From NCBI GenBank assembly GCA_965197475.1, contig CBDANF010000003.1, positions 224,001 through 288,000 of the forward strand: 64,000 nt of DNA. The letters are read 5' to 3'. Of this stretch, positions 19,793 through 30,999 are shown piece by piece. This stretch comes from Candidatus Poribacteria bacterium. Lineage in GTDB: Bacteria > Poribacteria > WGA-4E > WGA-3G. The notes beneath the pieces are model-generated. The model saw nothing but the letters and a program-made list of their open reading frames with translations. It did not search any database and was not told the DNA's origin. Both the position numbers and the translations under genes were made by a program. Every line of letters begins with the position of its first letter. Position 1 is the stretch's first letter.

Positions 19793-20004
19793 ATCTATAT
19801 TGTATCATAGTTGCACAATTAAAACAAGTGGAAATGTAGTCTACATCTGTGTTTGTAGCGATTTTTACATGTTTGTTGCAAGTCCAAAACTACTTATTGC
19901 GAAAATAAATACAAGAATATTTACGTTAATATGGTATTAGGTTGTGTTTATATTTCAAAAGTCAGGATATTCAAAAGGTATATTCTATTGCCTGTGAGTA
20001 TACG

Positions 20005-22149
20005 TTAGAATGACTTATTTTCAACATCCGGATCAATTTCTTTTGCCTTTGCAAAGTCTGCGCTTGCTTCTTCGTGTAGTCCATGTGCTTCTTTTGCTTG
20101 TGCACGTTCGTAGTAGTAAAGCGCATTATCTGAATTAATCCGAATTGCCTCACTGAAATCTTCAATTGCCTCATCATAATTACCAAGCGCAGCCTTTGCA
20201 GCTGCCCGGGTGTGGTAGGCGGGAGCACTCGGTTTGTCTGAATTTAGACGAATCGCCTCATCACTGTCAGTGACTGCTGCTTGAAAAAGAATGTTGGCTT
20301 CTTCTTTATCTCCATGCTCAACTTCTAATTGTCCAAGCATATACTTTTTCCATCCTCTCCCATTATAGGTTGAGGCGTATTCTGGGTTTATTTTGATAGC
20401 TTCTGTATAGTCGTCAATAGACGCTTTATAGTATTCTCGCGCATCCGCTATGTTCCCTTGATCCGCTTTAGATTTACCAAGATTGTACTTCGCGAAACCA
20501 CGACTGTAGTAAGCAACATGATCCTTAGGTCTCAACTGGATAGCATTATCATAGGCTTCTATCATCCCTTTATAGTCACCGAGTTTACCTTTCGCAAGTC
20601 CAATGTTTTTGTAATATCCAGCAAACTCTGGATCTAATTTGATTCCCTCCATATAGTCATCTATAGCCTGTAGAAAGTATTTAGTGGCTTCTGCGTCATC
20701 CCCTTTGTTTGCTATGGATCTACCAAGGTGGTACTTCGCCAATCCACGCATGTTGTATGTTCTATAATCTTTCGAGTTGGCTTGGATGACTTTGTTGTAG
20801 TCTTCAATCGCCCCTTCATAGTCGCCGAAACAGTATTTTGCTTTTCCGCGACTTTCATAGACGTTGAAAAAAGTACTGAATTCAGGATTAATACTGATCA
20901 TTTTATCAAAGTTTTCAATAGCCCCGGCATAATCCTCTAACTCACACTTCAAATTTCCGAGACAAAAGTAGACTTCTATTGAATCAGGGTTGAGTTTCAG
21001 GGCAATATCAAAATCGGCGAGTGCCGCTTCATGTTGGTCAAGGCCAAATTTTGCCATTGCTCTGCAGATATAGGATTGAACAAGATCAGGGTCAAGTTTG
21101 ATGGCAACATCACAGTCAGCAACAGCGTCTTTGTATTGTTCTAACGATAAGTGTGCGGCTGCTCGGTTGTTATATGCCCATTCAAAATCGGGATTAATCT
21201 TGAGGACAACATCACAGTCAGCAATTACGTCTTTGTATTGTTCTAACGATAAATTTGCAGCTGCTCTGTTGATATACGCCTCTAAAAAGTCAGGATTGAG
21301 TTCTATGGCAGCATCACAGTCAGCAATAGCGTCCTCCGCTTCACCCAAGAATACATTTAAACCCGCCCGAGTGACGTATATCTCCACTAAATCTGGATTA
21401 AGTTCAAGGGCAGTGTCAAAGCATTTTTTTGCCTCCATGTGTTTACCTTCCGCAATTATCATCTGACCCTGCACACCTTGAGCATAGCCACGTATCCGTG
21501 GAAGTTTTTGCCATTCTTCTAAAGGTTCCGCTTCCCTCAAGCTCACAAGCAAGTAGTTTAAGACATTTGCTGGGATCGCATGGCTAATAGATGGCATCTC
21601 TCCTCTACTAAAAGCCGATATCTCAAAGGAAGCACCAACTGCAACACCTATTACCTCACCTGTGTTGTTTAGCAGGGCACCCCCACTATGTCCGGGACCA
21701 ATTCTCCCTTTAATCCGGACATATTTATCGCTATTCCTTATACCGAGGAGGGTGACTTGTGTGGCTACACCTTTTTCTCCACCGGGGTACCCTACGGCAC
21801 AAGCAACATCACCACTTTTGACCATATCACTGTCGCTAATGGAAAGCGGTATCCCTTCACCTGTGACTTTTAGTATGACAAGGTCGTTTTTAACATCAAA
21901 CGCGACTACTCCTTCAACTGGATATCGAGTTTCCGTACTGGCAAGTTCGGCAAAAATAGAGGGTGCACCTGCAATACAATGAATATTTGTCACAACCCTG
22001 TTTGGACTAACAAAGAACCCGGTTCCACGTAGCCAGACAAGAAGTTTACCAGATTCTTCGTCAGTTTTTTGCCATACTATACTGACTACTGATTCCATTA
22101 GGGCTTTTTCACCAATCTGTTGCAGTCTTTTATCTCTTTTTTCTTCCAT
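20005..22149 (-). CDS. Trypsin-like serine protease fused to a TPR array
   Basis: GTGFFV, TNIHCI, NDLVIL and GHSGG triad motifs, followed by many 34-aa TPRs. Confidence 0.9.
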   Translation of the reverse strand: MEEKRDKRLQQIGEKALMESVVSIVWQKTDEESGKLLVWLRGTGFFVSPNRVVTNIHCIAGAPSIFAELASTETRYPVEGVVAFDVKNDLVILKVTGEGIPLSISDSDMVKSGDVACAVGYPGGEKGVATQVTLLGIRNSDKYVRIKGRIGPGHSGGALLNNTGEVIGVAVGASFEISAFSRGEMPSISHAIPANVLNYLLVSLREAEPLEEWQKLPRIRGYAQGVQGQMIIAEGKHMEAKKCFDTALELNPDLVEIYVTRAGLNVFLGEAEDAIADCDAAIELNPDFLEAYINRAAANLSLEQYKDVIADCDVVLKINPDFEWAYNNRAAAHLSLEQYKDAVADCDVAIKLDPDLVQSYICRAMAKFGLDQHEAALADFDIALKLNPDSIEVYFCLGNLKCELEDYAGAIENFDKMISINPEFSTFFNVYESRGKAKYCFGDYEGAIEDYNKVIQANSKDYRTYNMRGLAKYHLGRSIANKGDDAEATKYFLQAIDDYMEGIKLDPEFAGYYKNIGLAKGKLGDYKGMIEAYDNAIQLRPKDHVAYYSRGFAKYNLGKSKADQGNIADAREYYKASIDDYTEAIKINPEYASTYNGRGWKKYMLGQLEVEHGDKEEANILFQAAVTDSDEAIRLNSDKPSAPAYHTRAAAKAALGNYDEAIEDFSEAIRINSDNALYYYERAQAKEAHGLHEEASADFAKAKEIDPDVENKSF

Positions 22150-22331
22150 TGTAATATTCCTTTTTGCGTTGAACTGTCAGATAATTTGGTCGTTTATATT
22201 ATGTTTAGGTAAAACTTAAACATAATGATAACATTAAAACGAGAAAAAGCGTAATTGAATTGTAAGTTGTGTAGGTTGTACAGCATAATTGTCCAATTTT
22301 AGAGTTACTATGATCATTCAATGGACAAGGT

Positions 22332-24952
22332 TTACTCTTTCGGTTTGATAAAAGCATTAAGATCCCAAAGATATACGACACCATCAAGTCCACCGCTCGC
22401 GAACAGGTTCCCATCTGGACTAAACACAACAGAATGGACATCTTGCCGATGTCCTTTGACTGTAACAATGTGTGTTTCCGTTGATACATCCCACAGATCA
22501 ATTTGACTCCAACTACCACTCACCAATGTCCTACCATCCGGACCAAACGAGATACTATTAAGCACATTTTTACCCGAAATTGTTGCTTTGTGTTCTAACT
22601 TAGTAACATCCCATAGTTTGATAGTTGAGTCTCTACTTCCGCTCGCTATCGTCTTGCCATCCGGACTAAACGCAACTGAATTAACCCAATTCGAATGTCC
22701 TATAAGTGTCTTTAGATGGCTGCCCGTAGCGATATGCCATACGCGGACAGTAGAATCTCTACTTCCACTCGCTAATAATACCCCATTTGGACTGAAGGCA
22801 ACCGACAGGACACGATCTGTATGACCTGTTAGGGTTGCTTTGATCGCACCAGTGGAAACATCCCATAGCTGCACAGTATTGTCTTCACTCCCACTTGCCA
22901 ACCTCTTACCGTCTGGACTGAACTTAACGGATGTAACATCCTGTGTATGTCCTGCAAAGTTAGATACTTGTTCTGCAGTTGCAACATCCCATAGACGGAT
23001 AGTCGAGTCAGCTCCGCCACTTGCCAACAACATGCCGTCTGGACTGAACGATAACGAAGCAACCCAGCGCGTATGCCCCGAGAATGTATTTTTATATGTA
23101 GCAGTATTTACATCCCATAGAAGAACGGAAGCACTACCTGTACTCGCCAGTATCTCACCATCCGGACTAAATGCCACAGAATTGGTAACAACTATATGTC
23201 CAGTAAAGGTATTAATTTGTTCCCCAGATGCAATCTCCCATACGCGAATTGTTCCATCATTGCTTGCACTTGTTAGTGTCTCACCGTCCGGACTAAAGGC
23301 TACAGAATTAACAGGACCTGTATGCCCTACGAACGTGGCAATCGGCGAGGTGCTTACATCCATATCTTGACCAATACCCCACAAATTGATAATATTATCA
23401 GTACCCCCACTCGCCAACACCCCACCATCCGGACTAAAGGCTACACACGTATGCCCTTTGAGCGTTGCTTTGTGCTTGCCAGTACCAATATCCCAGAGCC
23501 GGACAGTTCCGTCCCAACTTCCGCTGACGACAGTCTCACCATCCAGACTAAACGCTACAGATGTAACCTGCCGTGTATGTCCTCTTAGTGTTGCTTTCAA
23601 AGTGCCGGTGTTAACATCCCAAAGATAACATTTTTATCAGCATTCCCGCTTGCTATTGTACGACCATCCGGACTGAACGCCACAGATGAAACACTCTCCC
23701 TATAATTAGACTCCTTATTTTTGCTGAGGGTCGCTTTGAGTTCATCCGTTTCAGCATCCCAAATACGGATTCTGTCCAACTCCGCAGTTGCTAACATCCT
23801 ACCGTCGAGACTGAAGACTACTGAATCTACAGGATTCAGCACTCCGGAAACTGTAAGTGTTGACTTTTGGGTGCGTGTGGCAACATTCCACAGCGTTGTG
23901 GATTTCCCATTTGCGCCACTTGCGAGTGTCTGTCCATCTGGACTGAACGCGATTGAATTAACTTCTGTAGCACCACCCATCAAGGCAAGTTCCTGTGTCG
24001 TTTCCGCATCATATAGCCAAATTCCAGCATAGGTCGCAACGGCAAGTAGTTTACCATTTGGCGAATACTTAATCTCATTTACCCCACCTTTACCCAACCG
24101 TGCTATTGCACCTTTGGGTAAACCCCAGCGTGTGTATTCTGGTGCTCTAATTATTGGACTTGATTGTGTATCCTCCTGAGCAGATGGCAAATTTACATCC
24201 CCTGTATTCTGAGGACCGAAATAGTATTGCATCCCAATTCCAATTAGTAATACAAATGAAACACAAACAGCGGCAGAAATTGCCAATGGCACCAGAGGAC
24301 TCCCACCTGATGGTGCTACTGGACCCAGTTGTGAAATCTCTTTCATCACGTTTGCTGTTAATTCTGTTGAGAATTGGAATCCACCGAGAATCTCTTGAAT
24401 CATGCCTTCCTCCTTCTTTAATCGGTTCCGCGCACGGTGCAGCCGACTCTTAACTGTGTTTGTTGATACACCGAGAAACTGACCAATCTCTTCACAACTC
24501 AAACCAGTAAGATAGTGAAGTGTTATTACTGTGCGATCGCTTTCTCGCAGCTTGCTAAGCAGTTTATGAACTAACGCGTGACGCTTTTCTTTTGTCGCTT
24601 CCTCACGCTCCCGTGATACATGTTCCGAATAGTATACTTCCTCTAACTCAATCGGGTCTGTATCTTCTAACGATTGTGGTTGTGGGGTTTTCTTTCGGTA
24701 CCACGTGATACACTTACGATTTGTGATGGTATATAACCATCCTGCAAAGCGGCCACGATTTTTGAGGGTCCCAAGTTTTTGATACGCTGTGATGAATACA
24801 TCCTGAGTAATCTCTTGTGCAATGTGAAAATCACCGACCTTCTGCCATGCCAATGCGTGTATCTGATCTTGGTATTTTTCAACCAGCGCAGCAAAGGCAC
24901 GCTCATCACCTTCAAGTGTGCGTTCAATCAACTCAGCATCATTGTGGCTCAT
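22332..24952 (-). pseudogene. ECF sigma factor-TM-WD40 repeat fusion split by a -1 frameshift
   Basis: Sigma regions 2 and 4, a TM helix, then WD40 repeats. Adding one base at the A run 23621-23623 joins ASGNADKNVI to WDVNTGTLKATLRGH. Confidence 0.85.
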
Positions 24953-25365
24953 GTGACACCTCAAAATAGAAATAATCTTTTAATTTATAGACGCGATTTT
25001 GAATTGGAAGGTTGCACTTTTGCCAAAAAAAATACGTGTTTTTTAGGAAAATGAGCAATTATTTTGAGAGATGGACAAAATAACAATGCATCCTTCTTTG
25101 GAAGGGTATATCTTAAAGGATAGCATAAGGATTAAACAGCAGCCAACTTAAAAACACAACACTCTCAATAAAAGTGGGGTTTTGGTAATTTCCAATTTCG
25201 TAAAGATATTTTAAGGCTCCCTGGCAAGAAGGTAACCGATAAGCAGAAAGGCACGCATAAAAAGCGTGCCTAATGAAACTTTGGTAACTCAATTCTAAAA
25301 CAATTACAAGGAAGGGATAACGTAGGGACTTGAGATTAAAATGAAAATCTCGGTTTTTGAGAACT

Positions 25366-25749
25366 TTACATGTCCAGGCTTAATAACTTCGCGCCCGTAG
25401 TTGGCAGCAGCTTACGCGATAGCACATATACGGTTTGCTTTGCCCTTTCACCGTCCTTCTGCTGTGTGCCATTGGCATTAGAGATAATATCAGCAGCGTC
25501 TTTTGAAACAGAATTATCTTCTTCTGATGTGTCCGGTTCCACTGTGTCAGCTTGTTCTATTTGTGGCGTTTCTACCTGTTTTGTTTCCGAGGGTCTCTCC
25601 AAGTGTTGTGCCTCTACATCGCGATTGGTACTGTGTTGTTCTATGGAAGCCATTTCGTTTTGAAACCACATATAGCATCCAAGTGTGAAAATCAAAATGA
25701 AGCCGATGCCACCGAGAATCCAGTTTTCTATGGAAAATTCTTTTAACAT
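25366..25749 (-). CDS. Hypothetical N-terminally anchored protein, probably truncated
   Basis: AGGAG RBS, N-terminal TM helix, acidic low-complexity linker and an abrupt end. Confidence 0.55.
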   Translation of the reverse strand: MLKEFSIENWILGGIGFILIFTLGCYMWFQNEMASIEQHSTNRDVEAQHLERPSETKQVETPQIEQADTVEPDTSEEDNSVSKDAADIISNANGTQQKDGERAKQTVYVLSRKLLPTTGAKLLSLDM

Positions 25750-26133
25750 TCTTTTCTCCTATTTAATTTCGTATGTTGGTGTGCATTCGCTGGGTAATAA
25801 TTCTATATTTTTGTTAGCTCAGTTGATAATTAGACAAATGAGGAAACATTATGTTCACAGAAACGGAATATCCGATTTCTGGGTAATTTCAGTAGATTCC
25901 AGCATTCATAAAGTACCCTCTGTAATTAAAGACGCGTTTGCAAGGAAAAAGATTGCATTTTTTTATAAAAATCGCATTTTTTCAGACAAAAAAGTGAATT
26001 TTATCAATTTTCTTGATGAAACAGGCGGAAATAGACCTCTTTAAGAGCTTCACGAAAACACAAGTTTACCAGGAAAGGAAAGGCGCGCATAGAAAGCGCG
26101 CCAAAGATGGGTGTTGTAACGTTAATGTCACAA

Positions 26134-26753
26134 TTATTCGTCAAGAGCGAAACGAAGCACACCATTACCGAGGGTTCCGACATAGAGCGTATCGCCATCA
26201 ACATCAAGACCAGAAACAAGATATGGGATTTCAGAGGTTACCTGCTTCCACTTATCTGAATCTTCTTTCAATTGATACACTTTTTGCTCAGCTTGACCGT
26301 ATACCGTTGTGCCATCCACCGCGAACCTGATTACGACAAGATGTGTCCTTCTGCGTCAGTTATCGTTTGCCAGTCAGTACCATCTCTTGATCGCACAACA
26401 CCTTTATCAGTTGCAACATAGACAGTTTGTTCAGCGAAGATTATTGCCTTGAAATGATCAACAGAAATTGAAAGATTTGCAGTGACATCGTTCCAAGAGT
26501 CTCCTTCATCAAGAGATTGCATAAGTTTGCCATCCCGCTTGCCGACGTAAACGGTTTTTCCTGAAACAGCGAGTTTGAATTCGTGTTCTTTTATGTCTGA
26601 AAAATTATCTATAGCCGCTTGATTTCCCTTATTTTTTATTCCGGTATCTATCCATTCGCTTGTGCCAGTTTTCCACCGGAAGAGATGAATTCCATCAAAT
26701 GACATATAGTAGGTTGTGCCACTAACTGCAAAAGCAAAACCACCCGGTAACAT
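26134..26753 (-). pseudogene. C-terminal beta-propeller remnant paralogous to the 50056-53157 protein
   Basis: KLAVSGKTVYVGKRDG, VYVATDKG and LYVGT match the C-terminus of that protein; frameshift near 26335 and no N-terminus. Confidence 0.8.
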
Positions 26754-26985
26754 TTATGTAGCGATCAGTGGTGTCATAAACGGGAGTATGAATTAAAATG
26801 ATTGACTCTAAAATCATCTTACGGTATAATCAAAGAGACCTATAGAAACTTTACCGAGTGTTGATTGCAACTCAAAATGCGTGATATATTATACACAGTA
26901 CCTGTAAAATATATCGGACTTTTTTCAGGGCTTGTTTTTGCACAAACGATGTTTTGAGAAACTATTTTGATAAGGAGATAAAATT

Positions 26986-27782
26986 ATGTCAGAGAAAATA
27001 ATGTTAATCCTAACTTTCAGTATCTGCGCGGTTTTCCTCACTATCCCTTTCGTTAATGCGCAATTTCCTGAAAATGGTGTCGTGGGGTACTGGTCATTTG
27101 ACGTTGGCACGATTAATGGTAATACCGTTAAAGATTTATTAGGTGAAAACGACGGTGAATTGGAAGGCAACCCAAAAGTTGTAAATGGAAAGGTGGGAAA
27201 GGCACTTGAATTCAATGGTGACAATGCTGTCCGTATTTCTGGTACTGATATGTTAAACTTCAACGGTGCCGAGGAAATGAGTGTAGTTGCATGGGTCAAC
27301 CCTGCAAGTGCTAAGCCTGTCAGAGGTGTAATTCCCGACCAATGCTGCGGTACGATTGTTGGTCAACGTGATGCCGAAAGCTGGGTGCTGCGTTTTGATG
27401 GTAGAAATGGGGTAAAGAGATGGTGCTTATTGTCCAACCGGGGTGGCAGGGACACAATACACTTGGTGTTCCCCCATTTACCGAAAACACATGGCATCAC
27501 TTGGTGGGAGTCGTTGATAAAAACAAATTGTTGCTTTATGTAGACGGAAAATTAGCAGATGAAGTGGGATACAACGGTCCAATGGCGACGAAAGGCACTA
27601 CAACTGAGATTGGCAATGCCAAGGCAGACGGTGGTTTCATCGGCATTATTGACGAAGTTCTGATTTACAATAGAGCAGTCTCAGCTAACGAAGTTAAACA
27701 ACTTTTTATGGCACAAGGGTTGTCTGTTGAACCTCGTAGTAAACTTACTACTCAGTGGGGGAACATTAAAAAAGTATGGTAG
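26986..27782 (+). pseudogene. Secreted LamG/concanavalin-like protein split by a -1 frameshift
   Basis: Signal peptide, GYWSFD, GKALEFNG, WHHLVG, LYVDG, IIDEVLIYNRA and a VEPRSKLTTQWGNIK tail; shift at GGGG 27409-27412. Confidence 0.85.
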
Positions 27783-27857
27783 AAATTTGAAATCATAAGG
27801 TTGTAATGCGAATACTTAATTATACGAATTTACTACCGAATTATAAAAGATTGACTT

Positions 27858-28880
27858 GTGAAAATACTTGGAATTGATACATCTTGTGATGAAACAGCTG
27901 CCGCGGTCGTAATTGACGGACGTGAGGTCTTATCAAATGTGGTTGCATCACAGATTAAAGCACATCAAGAATACGGTGGCGTAGTACCAGAGTTGGCATC
28001 GCGTAAACATATCGAGGCGATCAACTATATCGTCAATAAAGCGTTGACCGAAGCAGAGGTCACATTTAATGATTTAGATGCTATCGCAGTTACAAATCGT
28101 CCCGGATTAATCGGCGCGTTACTTGTGGGTGTGGCAGCAGCAAAAAGCCTTGCTTACTGCCATAATCTTCCGTTGCTCGGTATAAATCACATTGAAGGGC
28201 ATATCTACGCCAATTACATGGTGCATGATACGCTGACTTTTCCGCATGTCTGCTTGACTGTTTCCGGTGGGCACACTTTACTCGTTGAGGTGCACGAAGG
28301 GTGGAAATATAAAGTATTGGGAACAACACAGGACGATGCAGCGGGGGAAGTTTATGACAAGGTTGCGAAGTATCTCGGACTCGGTTTCCCTGGTGGTCGA
28401 ATCATAGACGAACTGGCACAAAAAGGTGATCCTACTGCGATAGACTTTCCCCGTCCTATGCTGCGTAGCGGTGATTACCAATTCAGTTTTAGTGGTGTCA
28501 AAACATCAGTGCGGTATTTTGTAGAGAAGGCAGAACGTGCGGGAATGATGGCGAACGGAGAAATCAGCATTGAAGACATTGCTGCCAGTTTTCAAGCAGC
28601 GGTAGTTGATGTGCTTGTATCAAAGACAGTTCATGCAGCGAAAACCTCTAATGTCCGTACTATTACGTTAACTGGAGGAGTCGCTGCAAACAGCAAACTA
28701 CGCAGTTCCCTGAAGGCAGCAGCTGCTGAAATTGACGCGGATGTCTACTATCCGCCAATTAACCTATGTACAGACAACGGCGCGATGATCGCAGGGATTG
28801 CTTATGAAAAATTTCAGCAGGGGCATCAAGATGGACTATCTCTCAATGCTGCTGCGAACGGTTCAATAGTTGATGTCTAA
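27858..28880 (+). CDS. tsaD: tRNA N6-threonylcarbamoyladenosine transferase
   Basis: GIDTSCDET, GGVVPELASRKH, HIEGH, DDAAGE and CTDNGAMI. Confidence 0.96.
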   Translation: MKILGIDTSCDETAAAVVIDGREVLSNVVASQIKAHQEYGGVVPELASRKHIEAINYIVNKALTEAEVTFNDLDAIAVTNRPGLIGALLVGVAAAKSLAYCHNLPLLGINHIEGHIYANYMVHDTLTFPHVCLTVSGGHTLLVEVHEGWKYKVLGTTQDDAAGEVYDKVAKYLGLGFPGGRIIDELAQKGDPTAIDFPRPMLRSGDYQFSFSGVKTSVRYFVEKAERAGMMANGEISIEDIAASFQAAVVDVLVSKTVHAAKTSNVRTITLTGGVAANSKLRSSLKAAAAEIDADVYYPPINLCTDNGAMIAGIAYEKFQQGHQDGLSLNAAANGSIVDV

Positions 28881-29519
28881 ATGGGTGAAAACTTGCAATC
28901 TGATTTACGAATTACATCCGCTGTGGATTGCCTAAAATCTGGAGGTATCATTGCTGTTCCCACCGATACGGTATATGGGTTGGGTGCTGACCCATTTAAT
29001 GCAAAGGCAGTGCAAAAACTGTATACGTTAAAAGGTAGACCAGAAGAGAAACCGATTCCCCTTATCCTCGGTTCAGTTGTAAATGTGGAACAGGTCGCAC
29101 AAAACTTACCGGGTTTCTTTTTTCATCTCACAGAAAGGTTTTGGCCAGGGGGATTAACAATCATTGTAGAATCAAAAAACCTTCTTCCGCAGATCACAGC
29201 AGGCGGGACAACCGTTGGTGTGCGTATCCCAAATCAACCACTGCTTTTGGAGATTCTTCAAGAATTCGGCGGTCCAATAGCAATAACAAGTGCAAATCTG
29301 TCGGGACAACCAGCTGCAACATCTCCTCAAGAATTTGGTCAGGAACTTTCTTCAAAAATTGATTTTATCGTAGATGACGGACAAACGCCCGGACCCATCC
29401 CATCAACAGTATATGATATATCCGTATCTCCCCCACAAGTTCGCCGACAAGGCGTGATTTCTGCAGATACCCTTGCCAAGGAGTTGATGTGTTACAACAA
29501 ACTTTTAAAGAACTCCTAA
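28881..29519 (+). CDS. tsaC: Threonylcarbamoyl-AMP synthase (YrdC/Sua5)
   Basis: PTDTVYGLG, KGRP..KP, FWPGGLT and TSANLSG. Confidence 0.92.
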   Translation: MGENLQSDLRITSAVDCLKSGGIIAVPTDTVYGLGADPFNAKAVQKLYTLKGRPEEKPIPLILGSVVNVEQVAQNLPGFFFHLTERFWPGGLTIIVESKNLLPQITAGGTTVGVRIPNQPLLLEILQEFGGPIAITSANLSGQPAATSPQEFGQELSSKIDFIVDDGQTPGPIPSTVYDISVSPPQVRRQGVISADTLAKELMCYNKLLKNS

Positions 29520-30073
29520 AATTTCTTGCTACACCGACAGGAAATTGGGTGATACTTGGGTTGGGGTGTTTGATTGCTTTGGCAGTAGTTTACCACAGAT
29601 GGCGACAAATCCCAGAGTTGATGGCAGCGTTAATCCCGGAGGATACATGGTTTATCAATCGAGACGATAATAATCGTTTGGCAATTGTGGTTTCGCTCCA
29701 TCTGATCAATAAATCAGGCGCGCCTATACAGTTTTGCAAATGTAAGTTGAGTGGTTATACCCCAAAACCTCCGCCAGAACAATTGTTTTTAGAAGGATAT
29801 GACGAAACCATCGAACTCATTTATCCCGAATATGATTCTTTCTCAGATGCGGTAGGAAAATCTGAAAACCCTAATTCGGCGTATGTTCTTAATCCGTATA
29901 CAGAACAACGGATGTGGGTTTATTTTGAGTCCGGTATTGTGACATTGACCAATATGCTTCGCGCACCGATTGTGCTAAAGGATTTGAATCGAAAACGAAA
30001 ATCTATGCAGATTACTGTGCCTCGTAATATGGAACAGATTCAGTTATATCGTGAAGCAGCAATGCGTTGGTAA
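29489..30073 (+). CDS. Hypothetical membrane-anchored protein
   Basis: GTG start with AAGGAG RBS and an N-terminal TM helix; operonic. Confidence 0.65.
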   Translation: MLQQTFKELLKFLATPTGNWVILGLGCLIALAVVYHRWRQIPELMAALIPEDTWFINRDDNNRLAIVVSLHLINKSGAPIQFCKCKLSGYTPKPPPEQLFLEGYDETIELIYPEYDSFSDAVGKSENPNSAYVLNPYTEQRMWVYFESGIVTLTNMLRAPIVLKDLNRKRKSMQITVPRNMEQIQLYREAAMRW

Positions 30074-30218
30074 GCCAATAATTCCTATTTCAGAAATTAT
30101 ATGACTCAATTTGTTATTTCTCACCCATTTAACATCATCCTCAACTCACTATTCCAATTTATTTGCCATTTTTTCAGGGGTGTGGTATCCTATATCTTCA
30201 AGGAGAGATACGAAACCT

Positions 30219-30974
30219 GTGGCATCTATTAATGACATTGCAAACGAATTTATCCGTGAAGAAATTGAAGAATACCTTGAACGTCCCGATGAGATAGAAC
30301 GTATCATTGAGATGTTCGCGCAAGCAACCCCCAAAATGCAGGACATTGCTGCTGCACTGATTGATGGTGATCATCACACCGTTGATGCGTTGACAGAAGC
30401 AGCACTTGCAGAAGGCACAGAAGCTCTGGAAATTATGGACGATGGGTTGATCTCAGGAATGGGTATCGTTGGCATCAAGTTTCGTGAGAACTTTATATTT
30501 GTGCCAGAAGTGCTTGCATGTGCACGCGCAATGAAGGCAGGCATGGCACATATTGAACCCATTCTTTCCGATTCCGGAATTGAACCTATGGGTAAGGTGA
30601 TTATGGGTACTGTCAAAGGTGACCTGCATGATATTGGCAAAAACTTGTGTATTATGATGCTGCGGGGGGCAGGCTTTGTCGTCCACGATCTGGGTGTGGA
30701 TACCTCCGAAGACGAATTCATTGAGGCGGTGGAAGAATACAAAGCACCAATCTTAGGGATGTCTGCGCTGCTAACAACGACAATGCCAAACATGGGCAAA
30801 ACAATTGATGCTTTTATTGATGAAGACCTGCGTGAAGAAGTGAAAATTATGGTCGGCGGTGCTCCTGTTACCCAGACATTTGCTGATGATATGGGGGCTG
30901 ATGGATATGGTAAGGACGCGCTTGAATGTGTCGCCTTAGCAAAGCAGTTTCTTCAAGAAGAACCCGAGGAATAG
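30219..30974 (+). CDS. Corrinoid (B12-binding) methyl-carrier protein
   Basis: Cap domain FVPEVL, GDLHDIGKN (DxHxxG), SALLTTT and VGGAP. Confidence 0.92.
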   Translation: MASINDIANEFIREEIEEYLERPDEIERIIEMFAQATPKMQDIAAALIDGDHHTVDALTEAALAEGTEALEIMDDGLISGMGIVGIKFRENFIFVPEVLACARAMKAGMAHIEPILSDSGIEPMGKVIMGTVKGDLHDIGKNLCIMMLRGAGFVVHDLGVDTSEDEFIEAVEEYKAPILGMSALLTTTMPNMGKTIDAFIDEDLREEVKIMVGGAPVTQTFADDMGADGYGKDALECVALAKQFLQEEPEE

Positions 30975-30999
30975 TAACGCTCGTAGATTGTTTTTATAT

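Larger units (their letters stand above)
17932..19901 (-). mobile_element. IS1595-family element with passenger genes (1,970 bp)
   Basis: Perfect 29-bp TIRs CGCAATAAGTAGTTTTGGACTTGCAACAA (17932-17960 / 19873-19901). Flanks AAACTAAA and AAAATAAA form an 8-bp TSD with one mismatch. Transposase is internal. Confidence 0.95.

Noticed and set aside
17891-19940. Gene interrupted by the IS1595 insertion
   Set aside because: Rejoining the flanks gives only a 23-codon ORF (MKQTEIVQTLVKLNTRIFTLIWY) with no recognisable homology.
21100-21260. Near-identical repeats 102 bp apart as a DGR template/variable pair
   Set aside because: Spacing equals one 34-aa TPR within a single ORF, and no reverse transcriptase is in the window.
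25685-26330. Plus-strand ORFs 25685-26044 and 26013-26330
   Set aside because: They overlap promoter DNA or are antisense to real remnants and show no motifs; treated as spurious like most short antisense ORFs in the track.
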